From: a bacterium ADurb.Bin236
GTDB lineage: Bacteria > UBP15 > UBA6099
Assembly (NCBI GenBank): GCA_002069885.1
Contig: MWCD01000001.1
Span: 67,795-131,794, forward strand
Direction: 5' to 3'
DNA length: 64,000 nt
The notes beneath the pieces are model-generated. The model was not told the DNA's origin. It made no database searches and saw only the letters and a list, made by a program, of their open reading frames with translations. A program made the translations under genes and the position numbers. Below, one piece after another: positions 19,767-28,921 of this stretch. The number at the start of each line of letters is the position of its first letter. Position 1 is the stretch's first letter.

Positions 19767-20885
19767 ATGGATAGAGCCGATTTCATCAAATTCGTCGAAT
19801 CGGTCAGCCGCAATCCTGTCGAGCAGATTAACAGTTACAAGAGGCAGGAAAGGCCGGTGTTCGGCTACACGTGCAGTTATGTGCCGGAAGAACTGATTGA
19901 CGCGATGGGGATAATCCCGGTGAGGATGCTGGGCCGCGCTCAGACGATCCAGTCGGCGGAGCGGCATTTTCAGTCTTATTGCTGTTCTCAGGTGCGCAGC
20001 CTTATGGAGGAGTTCGTAGATGGGGTTTACGCCTCTCTCGACGGCCTGCTCTTCGCTCACACATGCGACACCATGCAGCAGTTCCATGACATCTATAAAA
20101 AGAACTTCCCCAAGGCGTTCGTTAAGAACATAAATTTTCCCTCGCGGCTCGACGGGGAGATTCCATACAACTACGCGCTCGCAGAGACGAAACGTTTTCT
20201 CAAATCCGTTGAAGAGTTCACCGGCAGGCCGCTCAGTTCGGACAGCCTCAAGGAAAGCGTGACCGCGTACAACAAAAATAGAACGCTGCTTGAAAAGCTT
20301 TACGGACTCCATCTTAAGTATCCCGTCGATATTCCCAGCCGCCTCCTTCTCCAGTCGGTGATAATGACTCAATGCGTGGACAAGCGCGAGGCGAACAAAT
20401 GGCTGGAACAATTCCTCTCCTCTTTCGACGAAAAGACTCCTGAGGACTCGAAGCGGAAAAGAATAATGCTGGTCGGAAGCGTGAACATCAACGAGGAAGT
20501 GTACGACCTCGCCGACGAGTTCGGGGCGATGATAGCGGACGACGATCTGTGCACAGGAAGAAGATATTTCTCGACGCAGGTGTCGGAACCTACGATCGAA
20601 GGAGTGACGCGCAGATACCTGAGCCGACCGCACTGCGCAGCGAAACACCGAGACGTGCACTCCCGCGAGCGCTGGCTGCTCGAACTTATCGAGAAACGCT
20701 CCATCGACGGCGTAATTTTCCTTTACCTCAAGTTCTGCGACCCGCATTGCTTCGACTACCCGGACCTCAGAAAAGCCATAGAGGAAAAGAAAGTTCCGAC
20801 TCAGCTCATCGAGATGGAGCAGTCCGTCGCGCAGTCCGGACAGTTGCGCACCAAGTTGCAGGCGTTTGTGGAAATGATTTCCTGA
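19767..20885 (+). CDS. 2-hydroxyacyl-CoA dehydratase subunit (HgdB/HadC-like component D)
   Basis: This belongs to the HGD-D family, with blocks resembling HgdB, HadC and BcrB. Length is 372 aa. Confidence 0.7.
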   Translation: MDRADFIKFVESVSRNPVEQINSYKRQERPVFGYTCSYVPEELIDAMGIIPVRMLGRAQTIQSAERHFQSYCCSQVRSLMEEFVDGVYASLDGLLFAHTCDTMQQFHDIYKKNFPKAFVKNINFPSRLDGEIPYNYALAETKRFLKSVEEFTGRPLSSDSLKESVTAYNKNRTLLEKLYGLHLKYPVDIPSRLLLQSVIMTQCVDKREANKWLEQFLSSFDEKTPEDSKRKRIMLVGSVNINEEVYDLADEFGAMIADDDLCTGRRYFSTQVSEPTIEGVTRRYLSRPHCAAKHRDVHSRERWLLELIEKRSIDGVIFLYLKFCDPHCFDYPDLRKAIEEKKVPTQLIEMEQSVAQSGQLRTKLQAFVEMIS

Positions 20886-20904
20886 CACTCTGGAGAACGC
20901 GAAC

Positions 20905-22173
20905 ATGGAACAGTTCAACCAATTAAGCGAGATATCCAGCAACGAGCGGCTTCGCAAGCTGATGGTCGGCTATTACATGAAGGCGAAGTTCTCGTGGCTG
21001 ACGAGAAAGAAAATAGCGTGGATAACGAGCGGCGGCCCTGTGGAGCCTCTAATATCGATGGGCATTACCCCCATCTATCCCGAGAACCACGGAGCGATGA
21101 TAGGCGCGCGCAAGATGGGGCCCGAACTCTCCGACGCCGCCGAAGACCTCGGCTACTCGCGCGACCTCTGCTCGTATTTCAGGTGCGATGTCGGCTCGGC
21201 CGTCCTCAAGAAAAGCCCTATCGACATCAGGCCGAAATTCCTCGGCGGTCGCGCCGTGTTCGGCGGCGGACTCCCGAAGCCCGACCTGCTTGTCTGCTGC
21301 AATAACATCTGCGGAACCGTCCTCAAATGGTACGAAGTTCAAGCCAGATTCTTCAACGTCCCGCTCATTATCGTGGACACGCCGTATAACTATGACGGCG
21401 AAACCACCGAGATTATCGAATACGTCACGGCTCAGTTCGGCGAGATGATAACTCAAATCGAAAAAGCCACCGGCAAGAGATTCAGCGAAAAAGAATTTAT
21501 CCGCGTCGGCGAACTTTCCGACGAAGCAGTTAATCTCTGGAACGAAGTCCTCAGCATCTGCGAGAACGTGCCGGCCCCCATGACCTGCTTCGACGCGTTC
21601 ATGTATCTTGCCCCCATCGTCACCCTCAGAGGAACGCAGGAAGTCGTCGATTATTACAAGCAACTCAAGGTTGAGCTTCAGAGTCTTGCGGACAGAAAAA
21701 TATCGCCCGTACCGGAAGAAAAGTTCAGGCTGATATGGGACAACCTGCCGATATGGTTCAAGATGCGGCGGCTGTCAAAAACTCTGGCTAACTACGGCGC
21801 GGTGCTGGTCGCGGACACTTATACCAACGCGTGGGCGGACAACGATATAAGCGTGGAAAAACCTATCGAAAGCATGGCGCGAGTTTACGCCACCGCCTAC
21901 CTGAACAGAAACACCGAAACAAAGATAAAAAACATGGTGAACCTGATGAACAGGTTCAAAGCCGACGGATTCCTCATTCATTCCAACAGGAGTTGCAAAC
22001 CTTATTCGTTCGGGCAGCTCGACATCAAAGACGAGGTTTCCAGAAGGACGGGCAAACCGGCTCTGATGATAGAGGCTGACATGTGCGATCCGCGCGCGTA
22101 CTCGGACGAACAGATAGCCACCAGAATTCAGGCTTTCATCGAAACTCTCAAGGAAAGGAAAGCCACAGCTTGA
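20905..22173 (+). CDS. 2-hydroxyacyl-CoA dehydratase subunit (HgdA/HadB-like component D)
   Basis: This is a second HGD-D family member of 422 aa, immediately downstream of the first. Confidence 0.7.
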   Translation: MEQFNQLSEISSNERLRKLMVGYYMKAKFSWLTRKKIAWITSGGPVEPLISMGITPIYPENHGAMIGARKMGPELSDAAEDLGYSRDLCSYFRCDVGSAVLKKSPIDIRPKFLGGRAVFGGGLPKPDLLVCCNNICGTVLKWYEVQARFFNVPLIIVDTPYNYDGETTEIIEYVTAQFGEMITQIEKATGKRFSEKEFIRVGELSDEAVNLWNEVLSICENVPAPMTCFDAFMYLAPIVTLRGTQEVVDYYKQLKVELQSLADRKISPVPEEKFRLIWDNLPIWFKMRRLSKTLANYGAVLVADTYTNAWADNDISVEKPIESMARVYATAYLNRNTETKIKNMVNLMNRFKADGFLIHSNRSCKPYSFGQLDIKDEVSRRTGKPALMIEADMCDPRAYSDEQIATRIQAFIETLKERKATA

Positions 22174-22943
22174 TTACTCTCGGAATAGACCTCGGCTCTA
22201 ACACAGTAAAAACAGTCCTTCTGCGCGACGGCTCTCAAGTGATAGCAAGGTCTTTGCGCAAAGGCGGGCACGACATGGAAACCGTCATGAACGAGTGCTT
22301 GGAAGAAGTTTACTCCGCCGCTTCCGGCGAGAAGCCCGACAAAATCGTGGCGACCGGATACGGGCGCGTGAGTTGCAAGATAGCCGACAAAGAAATCAGC
22401 GAGATAAGCTGCCACGGGCGCGGCGCCTATTTTTCGATGCAGGGCGCAAGGACGGTCATCGACATCGGCGGGCAGGACAGCAAAGCGATTAGCCTCTCCG
22501 ACAACGGCAAGGTGATAGATTTCGTTATGAACGACAAATGCGCCGCCGGAACCGGGCGCTTCTTGGAAGTCATGGCTCAGGCCCTTCAAGTCCAGCTCGT
22601 GGATTTCGGAGACGTCTCTCTCAAAGCCGACCGCTCCGTCGATATTTCCAACACATGCACCGTCTTCGCCGAATCGGAAGTAATCTCCCTTATGGCCAGA
22701 CGGGAATCCAAAGAAAACATCATCGCCGGACTCCACAAAGCGATAGCGGCGCGCGTCATTGCTATGGCGAAAAGACTGCGCATCGAGGACGAAGTCGCCT
22801 TCACAGGCGGAGTCGCCCTTAATTCAGGCGTGAAACGCGCTCTGGAATCAGCTTCCGGAAAGAGCATCAAGACCCCCGATCACCCGCAACACATAGGCGC
22901 TCTCGGAGCCGCTCTTTTCGCCTTCGATATGGCAAAAGAATAG
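22170..22943 (+). CDS. CoA-substrate-specific enzyme activase (HgdC/HadI-like ATPase of the BadF/BadG/BcrA/BcrD family)
   Basis: The ASKHA N-terminus ITLGIDLGSNTVK is present. A TTG start overlaps the upstream TGA, and an AGGAAAGGAA RBS precedes it. Length is about 257 aa. Confidence 0.75.
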   Translation: MITLGIDLGSNTVKTVLLRDGSQVIARSLRKGGHDMETVMNECLEEVYSAASGEKPDKIVATGYGRVSCKIADKEISEISCHGRGAYFSMQGARTVIDIGGQDSKAISLSDNGKVIDFVMNDKCAAGTGRFLEVMAQALQVQLVDFGDVSLKADRSVDISNTCTVFAESEVISLMARRESKENIIAGLHKAIAARVIAMAKRLRIEDEVAFTGGVALNSGVKRALESASGKSIKTPDHPQHIGALGAALFAFDMAKE

Positions 22944-23016
22944 TTCTCAATCTTTCAATAGGATACTGATTCATGCCTGTAATCCAACGTTGGTAAAACA
23001 GCAGGGTAAAACCGAT

Positions 23017-23634
23017 TTAGATTTCGTTATTGGGAACGGGTTTGGACATTTTGAGCCAGCGGCCGCAGTTGAAGAAGCGTTTGAGGTTTTCGGAATCGCG
23101 GGTCTTTTCTATCTTGTATCCCAGTTTATGGTACAGACTGATTGCGGGAGCGTTTTCGGCGGACACCCACAGAGAGATAGATTTCATGGATTTTTCCCCG
23201 GCGTATCTTTCCGCGCGCGCGAGCAAGGCCGCGGCGATGCCGCGGCGATGGAATTTGGGGGCGACGGCGAGTTGGGAGACGCACGCCTCGTCCCGCTCCA
23301 GCGACTGGCCGAGCAGAGACAACATGTAAAGCGCTTTCATTCCCCTGCCCGTCCCTAACCTGTCGAGGTAATTCTCTGCGACGGCGTCGCTGGGGGCGCA
23401 ACCGAAATCGAGTCCGACGACTTCAACGCTGCCGGCTATCTCGCCGTCCATAAGAGCGACAAAGAGGTTTGAATCCGCTCCCCTCCATTCCATTTCGGCG
23501 GCGATAATTTCCTCCGCTGTCCTGATGTCGTCGCACATCGCCTTGTATTTGTCTGAGAATGCGGTCGCGAGCAACTTTGCCAGTTCGCGACCGTCGCGGT
23601 CGCGTTTTTCGACTATTTCCGTTCGGGATGCCAT
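23017..23634 (-). CDS. GNAT-family N-acetyltransferase
   Basis: The acetyl-CoA binding motif HRRGIAAALLARAERYA...LGYKIEK is present. Confidence 0.75.
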   Translation of the reverse strand: MASRTEIVEKRDRDGRELAKLLATAFSDKYKAMCDDIRTAEEIIAAEMEWRGADSNLFVALMDGEIAGSVEVVGLDFGCAPSDAVAENYLDRLGTGRGMKALYMLSLLGQSLERDEACVSQLAVAPKFHRRGIAAALLARAERYAGEKSMKSISLWVSAENAPAISLYHKLGYKIEKTRDSENLKRFFNCGRWLKMSKPVPNNEI

Positions 23635-23670
23635 AGATGATTGGAGAGGCGGAGCAAAAAAAAGGAAAGG

Positions 23671-24507
23671 TTAATCCCAGCCGCCGACTTTCTGCGCCCA
23701 GAAGCGAGCGCGGCGTTCGCGCGGCCCGCCGTCAGGTCCGATTAGTATGTCCCGCCTGTCTTCGGCAAGCGCCTGAAACTTGGCGGGGTTTTCTATCTTG
23801 AGTTTATCGAAAAGTTCTCTGACGATATTGCTGACATCCCTTTCGGAGATGCGGTATACGGATTTGAAGATGCCCGGATGCAGGTTGCCGTATGTTCTAG
23901 GCTCGTTGGGACTGTCCATGCCGCATTCGCTGTGGCTTCGCGGCCCTTCGTCGGGCACTGAGATGAACGCGAAAAGTTTGGGCAGATATTTTTCTCTGAA
24001 CCGCGCATAAGCGGGCAGGTTCAGGACGTGACCGAAAGTTGGCGCGTTTTCCGGAATATACTCTGCGGCGGTCATGCCCGACTCAAGCAGTTTTGCTTTG
24101 GCTTCTTCGTCCTCGGAGTAATACTCGAACAGCATCGGCACGAAGTTGGTGTGGCTTGTCAGGTCGGAAATGGCGTGAGACGACCTGCCTAGAATCCTGT
24201 ACATCGACTCAAGCTTTCCGGGCGGGTGTTTTTTGTCGTCCGCAATTTCCATTATCAGGTCGCGGTGCATGCGCCAGTTTTCGATGATTTTCTCAGGCTC
24301 CTGCCAGTGGTCGAAATGGTCGAGTTCCTGATACCATCTGCGGGCGAACGGATATAGAGGAAAAACTTTCCAGTTTAGAGCCTTCCATCCGATGACGCCG
24401 TAGAAGTCCGTGTTGAAGTTATACCTTGCGACGGTGTCGATGGCCGCCGGAGACAGATGGTCTCTAAAAGCCGTTTTAACTATGGACAGATGATAAAGAG
24501 TGTTCAT
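23671..24507 (-). CDS. Hypothetical protein
   Basis: The ORF is open, but I recognised no family. Several His/Asp-rich blocks (HFDHW, HTNFVP) are present. The start is uncertain (ATG at 24507, or upstream at 24615). Confidence 0.4.
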   Translation of the reverse strand: MNTLYHLSIVKTAFRDHLSPAAIDTVARYNFNTDFYGVIGWKALNWKVFPLYPFARRWYQELDHFDHWQEPEKIIENWRMHRDLIMEIADDKKHPPGKLESMYRILGRSSHAISDLTSHTNFVPMLFEYYSEDEEAKAKLLESGMTAAEYIPENAPTFGHVLNLPAYARFREKYLPKLFAFISVPDEGPRSHSECGMDSPNEPRTYGNLHPGIFKSVYRISERDVSNIVRELFDKLKIENPAKFQALAEDRRDILIGPDGGPRERRARFWAQKVGGWD

Positions 24508-24660
24508 GTGGCGGATATCCTGACCCGATATTAGCCGGGGCCGCTGTGGAAGAAAAGCTAGCGGCGCGCGCGCCTTATTAATATTCAATATAGCGCCCCG
24601 GAGGCCGGAGGTCAAAAAAGAGTTTTCTTTTTAATCTTTATTGCGTCATTGTTTTGAGGT

Positions 24661-25260
24661 CTAGCCGGGGCCGCCGTCTGAAGCCATTGTCCTAGCAATT
24701 TCGAGGTCTTCCGGATTGTTCACGTTGAAGACGAATCTGCGCCACGAATCTTCATCGAGGCCGAGGTCGGCGGCGGATATCCAGCGAATTCTCAGTTCTT
24801 CAATGCAGGCCATTATTTTGAAGACGCCGCGGCTTATTCCGCGCTCAATCGCGTCGCGCGCCGCGATAGAGTATGAAGACAAGAGTGGCTGAGGTCCTTC
24901 TTTAGAAAAAACAATTCCGGCGTCCGAGTCTTTCGAAAGGTCGAAAACGCGGGCGAGTGTGGCTCCATCTATAAAAGGTGTGTCGCAGGGGGCGACTTGG
25001 TATTGTTCTCTAGGAAAAGCGTTCATAACGGAGAGCAAACCGCCAGCAGGCCCTTGTCCGGGGGTATCGTCCGCAATGGCGGCAAGCCCTAGCCGGGAGT
25101 AGCGTTCCGGCTCGTTGGTCGAGAGAATGATTTCCGGGAAGTAAGGAGAAAGCTTTTCTATTATGTCGTCAATAATCGGGCGGCCGTTGAGTTCCAAGCG
25201 GGTTTTATCCGCGCCCATGCGGGAGCTTTTCCCGCCCATGAGAAGTATTAGGGTTCTCAT
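24661..25260 (-). CDS. mobA: Molybdenum cofactor guanylyltransferase
   Basis: The MobA N-terminal motif LILLMGGKSSRMGADK is present. The ATG overlaps the stop of the upstream mcsAB-like gene. Confidence 0.75.
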   Translation of the reverse strand: MRTLILLMGGKSSRMGADKTRLELNGRPIIDDIIEKLSPYFPEIILSTNEPERYSRLGLAAIADDTPGQGPAGGLLSVMNAFPREQYQVAPCDTPFIDGATLARVFDLSKDSDAGIVFSKEGPQPLLSSYSIAARDAIERGISRGVFKIMACIEELRIRWISAADLGLDEDSWRRFVFNVNNPEDLEIARTMASDGGPG

Positions 25261-26933
25261 CTGCGGGAGCGCGACCTCCCCGCGCCCCTTCCGTTTGCGA
25301 TTTCGGAGTCTTTCGAATACAGCCATGCGTCCACGATTTCCGCAAATAGGTCCGCGCGGCGGGCCTCGCATTCGTTGATGCTGCTCGTTTTTCCGTCCGC
25401 TAGCATTATTCCGGCGGACGACATGGCGGGCAAAACATCGGAAACGGCGAACGCGGGCATCTCGACCAATCCTCTATCCAGAGCGAGGGAAAAGAGCGAA
25501 ACAAACCTGAGGGCGTCATGATATGAAAGCCTGTGCGCGCGTTTGGCGTTGTGTATGACGCGCGGAATGGCGCGATACATCCTGTTTTCGTCGTCGGGCG
25601 AGAAGGCGTCTCGCAACTCCCCTTCTCTCTGAATAAGTCGCGCGGCGAAATCACCTGTCGAAACGGCTATCTCTTCGGCGGTCTGGCCGAATCCGACGAG
25701 AGCCGACACAAGATAGAAGCCGTGATGTTCGAGGTTGGAGCCTCTGAAGGGTTCGACTTTCACGGAATAGCGCTCCGCTCTGTCCGGCCAAAAGAATGTG
25801 TCGCCGCTCAGAAAACTGTAAGGCAGATGCAACAGGATGGACGCCGAAGCTCCCGACCCGATATATTTCGGCGAGGCCGCAAGATAACCGAACCTCGGAG
25901 AGAACGCCGGTTCGGCGTTCTTTTCCATTCCCTCGACAGCCTTAAGAGCCTTTGCCATCAGAGCTGCGGCGTCCGCGCCGGCAGCGCCGGACTGGAACGC
26001 GCTCACCGAAAGATGATCAATGTCGTTTATCAGCGCCGACATTGAGCCGTCGCGATTTATGAGGGCAGAAGAACGAGGTTCAGGCCGCCTCATGAAAAAA
26101 CGTTCGCCGAGGGCGAGCCTCTCAATCGCGGACAGAAGCTTCATATCTATTCTTGAAGAAGCTGAAATAAAGCCCTTGGGCAGAAGCGAAACGGCTAGAA
26201 GCTCGACAAGCTCGCGCCTTGAGGGCGAAAGCCTGCCGGGAAAATTGAAACCGGAGAAATTGCGTCTGAGTTCGACGCGGCTCCATACTATTCCCGTATC
26301 GTTGGAAGACGGCGAGCAACCGCCGCCGGAGTTAATTGCCGATTTTGCGGAAGCGTCGAGCTTCAGCGCAGCCGGGAACCCCTGCGCGGCCCTTTTCGAC
26401 GCATCTATCCGGGATTTCGCGCGGCATTCTACTTTCTTTTCCAGCTTCAGAAGGGCTTCCTTATGTTTCCCAGCGGACGCATAGTCTTCCGTCCTGATTT
26501 CTTCTTCTATTCTGTTTTTCAGTTTCAGGAGTTTCGAACGCTCAGAGTAAGCCGCCGGGGACGGCCCTCTGTAAAACGACACGCCATCGGCGAGCGAGCA
26601 ACCAAGCAAAGAAAGATAACCGGTAAGCATCGAGCCGAAAACGGAAGCGCATTCCGGGCAACCGAGCCTGAAACCGCGTTCGAATTCCCGGAGTTTGGTT
26701 CCGCAAGCTCTGCAACTGTCCGCAAACTCAACCGGCAAATCGTAGCAGGAGAGAGTCTGGGAGAGGTCGTCCGCGCCGCCAAGACCTCTTATCTGGGACT
26801 CGACGCGCCTGAGAGCGGCCAGCATCCCCACGGATTCCGCGCATTCCGCGCAGAAACCCACTCGCGGGCTTTCCTGTCTTCCCCAAGACAGGAAGTAATC
26901 AGCTTTGTTTTCACCGCATTTCGAGCACTTCAT
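25257..26933 (-). CDS. mcsB: Fused McsA-McsB: an N-terminal McsA-like Zn-finger/UVR module joined to a protein arginine kinase (ATP:guanido phosphotransferase) domain
   Basis: The N-terminus has CxxC pairs (CSKCGEN..CAECA..CRACG..CPEC) and a UVR-like helix (LKNRIEEEIRTEDYASAGKHKEALLKLE). The C-terminal blocks VWSRVELRRNFSGFNFP, INDIDHLSVSAF and GYLAASPKYIGSGASASILLHLP align with Bacillus subtilis McsB as I recall it. Confidence 0.7.
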   Translation of the reverse strand: MKCSKCGENKADYFLSWGRQESPRVGFCAECAESVGMLAALRRVESQIRGLGGADDLSQTLSCYDLPVEFADSCRACGTKLREFERGFRLGCPECASVFGSMLTGYLSLLGCSLADGVSFYRGPSPAAYSERSKLLKLKNRIEEEIRTEDYASAGKHKEALLKLEKKVECRAKSRIDASKRAAQGFPAALKLDASAKSAINSGGGCSPSSNDTGIVWSRVELRRNFSGFNFPGRLSPSRRELVELLAVSLLPKGFISASSRIDMKLLSAIERLALGERFFMRRPEPRSSALINRDGSMSALINDIDHLSVSAFQSGAAGADAAALMAKALKAVEGMEKNAEPAFSPRFGYLAASPKYIGSGASASILLHLPYSFLSGDTFFWPDRAERYSVKVEPFRGSNLEHHGFYLVSALVGFGQTAEEIAVSTGDFAARLIQREGELRDAFSPDDENRMYRAIPRVIHNAKRAHRLSYHDALRFVSLFSLALDRGLVEMPAFAVSDVLPAMSSAGIMLADGKTSSINECEARRADLFAEIVDAWLYSKDSEIANGRGAGRSRSRR

Positions 26934-27088
26934 CGAAATCTCCGCTGCGGCTGGAACCGCTCAAACTTTAATATACCCGTTTTTCAGTATACGAGACTGA
27001 GCGCGCGCATTCAATCTGAAAGTGAAATGAAATACAGCCTAAAATGTATGTCCACTTAATAAATGTTATTGATCGCGCTGCGGCGAAG

Positions 27089-27589
27089 TTACACGGACTC
27101 AGGCAATTTAGTCGAAGGCGCGCAAGTGTCCTGTTCGGAATCCGCATCCGAGCGGCGCGCGTTGAATTCGCTGATTTTCGCGATGAGTTTAGACGCAAGC
27201 CCCTTTAGCCAAGCAAATCTTTCGCCGACCTGCGGCTCCAGTTCTTTGAGCGCCGCTTCGAGTTCGCTCTTTATGTCGAATCCGTCTCCGAATTGAGCGT
27301 CCCAATGCTCCTGAAAAACATCCGCTGGAGCCGACCGCATATATTGGGTCAGAATTAAAAGAATCACTATGAGGTCATCCAGCAATCCCGCGCTCGGAAC
27401 AAAATCAGGGAGGAAATCCAGAGGCAAGGCCACATAAAGTATGGCTCCGGCGGTGAGTATTTTAAGATATCGGGGAATCCGGTCGTCTCTGAAAAGGCCG
27501 AGCGTCAACTTAGCCAGTTTCGGAAACAAAGCCAAGCAGTTGACGGCGGTTGGGATGACTTTTTGAACTTGAACGATATTTTCTTCCAT
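27089..27589 (-). CDS. DUF1232 (YkvA-like) membrane protein
   Basis: The characteristic block DFLPDFVPSAGLLDDLIVILLIL is present. Confidence 0.6.
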   Translation of the reverse strand: MEENIVQVQKVIPTAVNCLALFPKLAKLTLGLFRDDRIPRYLKILTAGAILYVALPLDFLPDFVPSAGLLDDLIVILLILTQYMRSAPADVFQEHWDAQFGDGFDIKSELEAALKELEPQVGERFAWLKGLASKLIAKISEFNARRSDADSEQDTCAPSTKLPESV

Positions 27590-27590
27590 A

Positions 27591-28235
27591 TCACACGCTC
27601 CAGAGTTGATGGTATGAGTCGCGCATCTCGGCGCGGAACCTGCCGGAAAGCAAGGCTTCCACAAGAGAGCGCTCGTCGGTTATTTCGTCCTCGAAAACTG
27701 TCACGCAGCAGCCGATGTCGGATGCCACATGGGCGTCGCTGCCGCCTGTTCCGGACGCTGAAGTCTTAGCGCAGTATTCATCCGCGCTCCTGTTCTGTTC
27801 GGGAGATGAAAGGCCGTTGTATTTTTCGATGACGCTGAAAAGCTCAGGGAAATCGGTGTCTTCCAAAGGTTTTTCGAGCGAGCCGGAATACCAGCCGAAA
27901 GGCGCGCGCCAAGGGTGGGCGGGGATTACGATTCCACCTGCCGAGCGGACGACTTCAATGACATCCCTCGCGGGAGGAGAGCCTTTAATCTCCCTGTCGA
28001 AGCCGTAGACGAGCAGATGCCCTTCCCTGCTGGACACCTCCATGCCTTCCAGCACGGTGAGGCGCGGATAGTCAGCGGCAATCTGTTTGAGAGCGCGTCC
28101 GCCCTCAAGACTGTCGTGTTCGGTGACGCATATCCCGTCCAGCCCGCGCGCTATGGCGGCTTCCACGCACTCGACAGGGTCTATGTTGCTGCATGTCGAT
28201 GCGACTATCGTGTGGACGTGAAGGTCGAAAATCAT
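27591..28235 (-). CDS. PHP-domain metal-dependent phosphoesterase
   Basis: The N-terminus DLHVHT and a CVTEHD motif are present. Length is 214 aa. Confidence 0.7.
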   Translation of the reverse strand: MIFDLHVHTIVASTCSNIDPVECVEAAIARGLDGICVTEHDSLEGGRALKQIAADYPRLTVLEGMEVSSREGHLLVYGFDREIKGSPPARDVIEVVRSAGGIVIPAHPWRAPFGWYSGSLEKPLEDTDFPELFSVIEKYNGLSSPEQNRSADEYCAKTSASGTGGSDAHVASDIGCCVTVFEDEITDERSLVEALLSGRFRAEMRDSYHQLWSV

Positions 28236-28343
28236 CCTGTCCCCGCGCGCGGCATTCCGCGCCTCTTCCCGCGACCCTATTGTTGTGGATAACGTCAGCC
28301 AGTGTCAAGCGTTCCCTCCTATGGAAATTATTGCCGCTTCCAC

Positions 28344-28370
28344 TCAAGATTTTTCCGGGAACGCCGATAT
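28344..28370 (+). promoter_or_regulatory. Sigma-28 (FliA)-like promoter: TCAAGATT-N11-GCCGATAT
   Basis: It matches the E. coli sigma-28 consensus TAAAGTTT-N11-GCCGATAA at 6/8 and 7/8 positions, with the correct 11-nt spacer. It lies about 95 nt upstream of the 60-aa ORF. Confidence 0.5.
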
Positions 28371-28464
28371 ATATATTGGACACGGAGGTCGTTTGAAGCA
28401 AAATTCACTGTCTGACCACGGAGGGGAAGAAGTGATAAATTTTTTAGAAGGGGAGGTATGAGAA

Positions 28465-28647
28465 ATGTCGTCAGTATCGATGGGAAGTTTTGATTATGCC
28501 TCCAGAATAGTGACCAATTCGCTGAGAGCTCAGAACATTGCGTTGCTGAATCTGTTCGAAGTAGTCAAACAGGCAGCCACAGCTCAGACAACTCCTTTAG
28601 CGAATTTGGCCAATACGCCGCAGAACGTCGTGGATATTTACGCTTAA
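28465..28647 (+). CDS. Small 60-aa protein, possibly a YjfB-like motility-associated peptide
   Basis: A GGGAGG RBS lies 8 nt upstream. A strong intrinsic terminator follows the gene. No Cys residues are present. The C-terminal NVVDIYA resembles my recollection of YjfB-family ends. Confidence 0.45.
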   Translation: MSSVSMGSFDYASRIVTNSLRAQNIALLNLFEVVKQAATAQTTPLANLANTPQNVVDIYA

Positions 28648-28744
28648 ATTTTTTTTCGAGGAGCTATTAAGTAATCTGAAAAAGCGACGATAAATAAAAT
28701 AGATGACATGGTTGCTGCTAGCCACAGCAACTCCTCCTAAAAAG

Positions 28745-28774
28745 AGCCACCCGAAACCGGTGGCTTTTTTTTAT
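28745..28774 (+). terminator. Rho-independent terminator
   Basis: A 7-bp stem (AGCCACC/GGTGGCT) is followed by TTTTTTTTATT. A second 6-bp hairpin lies at 28712..28730. Confidence 0.7.
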
Positions 28775-28921
28775 TCCCTAAAAGATTCCTTAAAAATGAA
28801 ATAAAACGTCGTCGATGACAAAAAAGCTTTGATTCATCTTGATAATTCCATGAATGATAATTAGCGGCTGGTGAAGATATATGGTATCATTCAATGAATT
28901 GCCGTTGGAAAAGAGTCTGAT

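Noticed and set aside
21049-21663. 204-aa minus-strand ORF inside the HgdA-like gene
   Set aside because: It is an antisense frame with low-complexity Asp/Gly/Glu-rich composition.
19767-22943. Benzoyl-CoA reductase (BcrABCD) interpretation of the HGD-D/activase genes
   Set aside because: Only three genes are present, two D-type subunits and one ATPase. A benzoyl-CoA reductase would need four subunits with two ATPase genes.
27089-28235. DUF1232-PHP pair as a toxin-antitoxin or defence module
   Set aside because: Neither family is associated with TA or defence systems. The adjacency has a 1-nt gap. I did not see TA-like small size or motifs.
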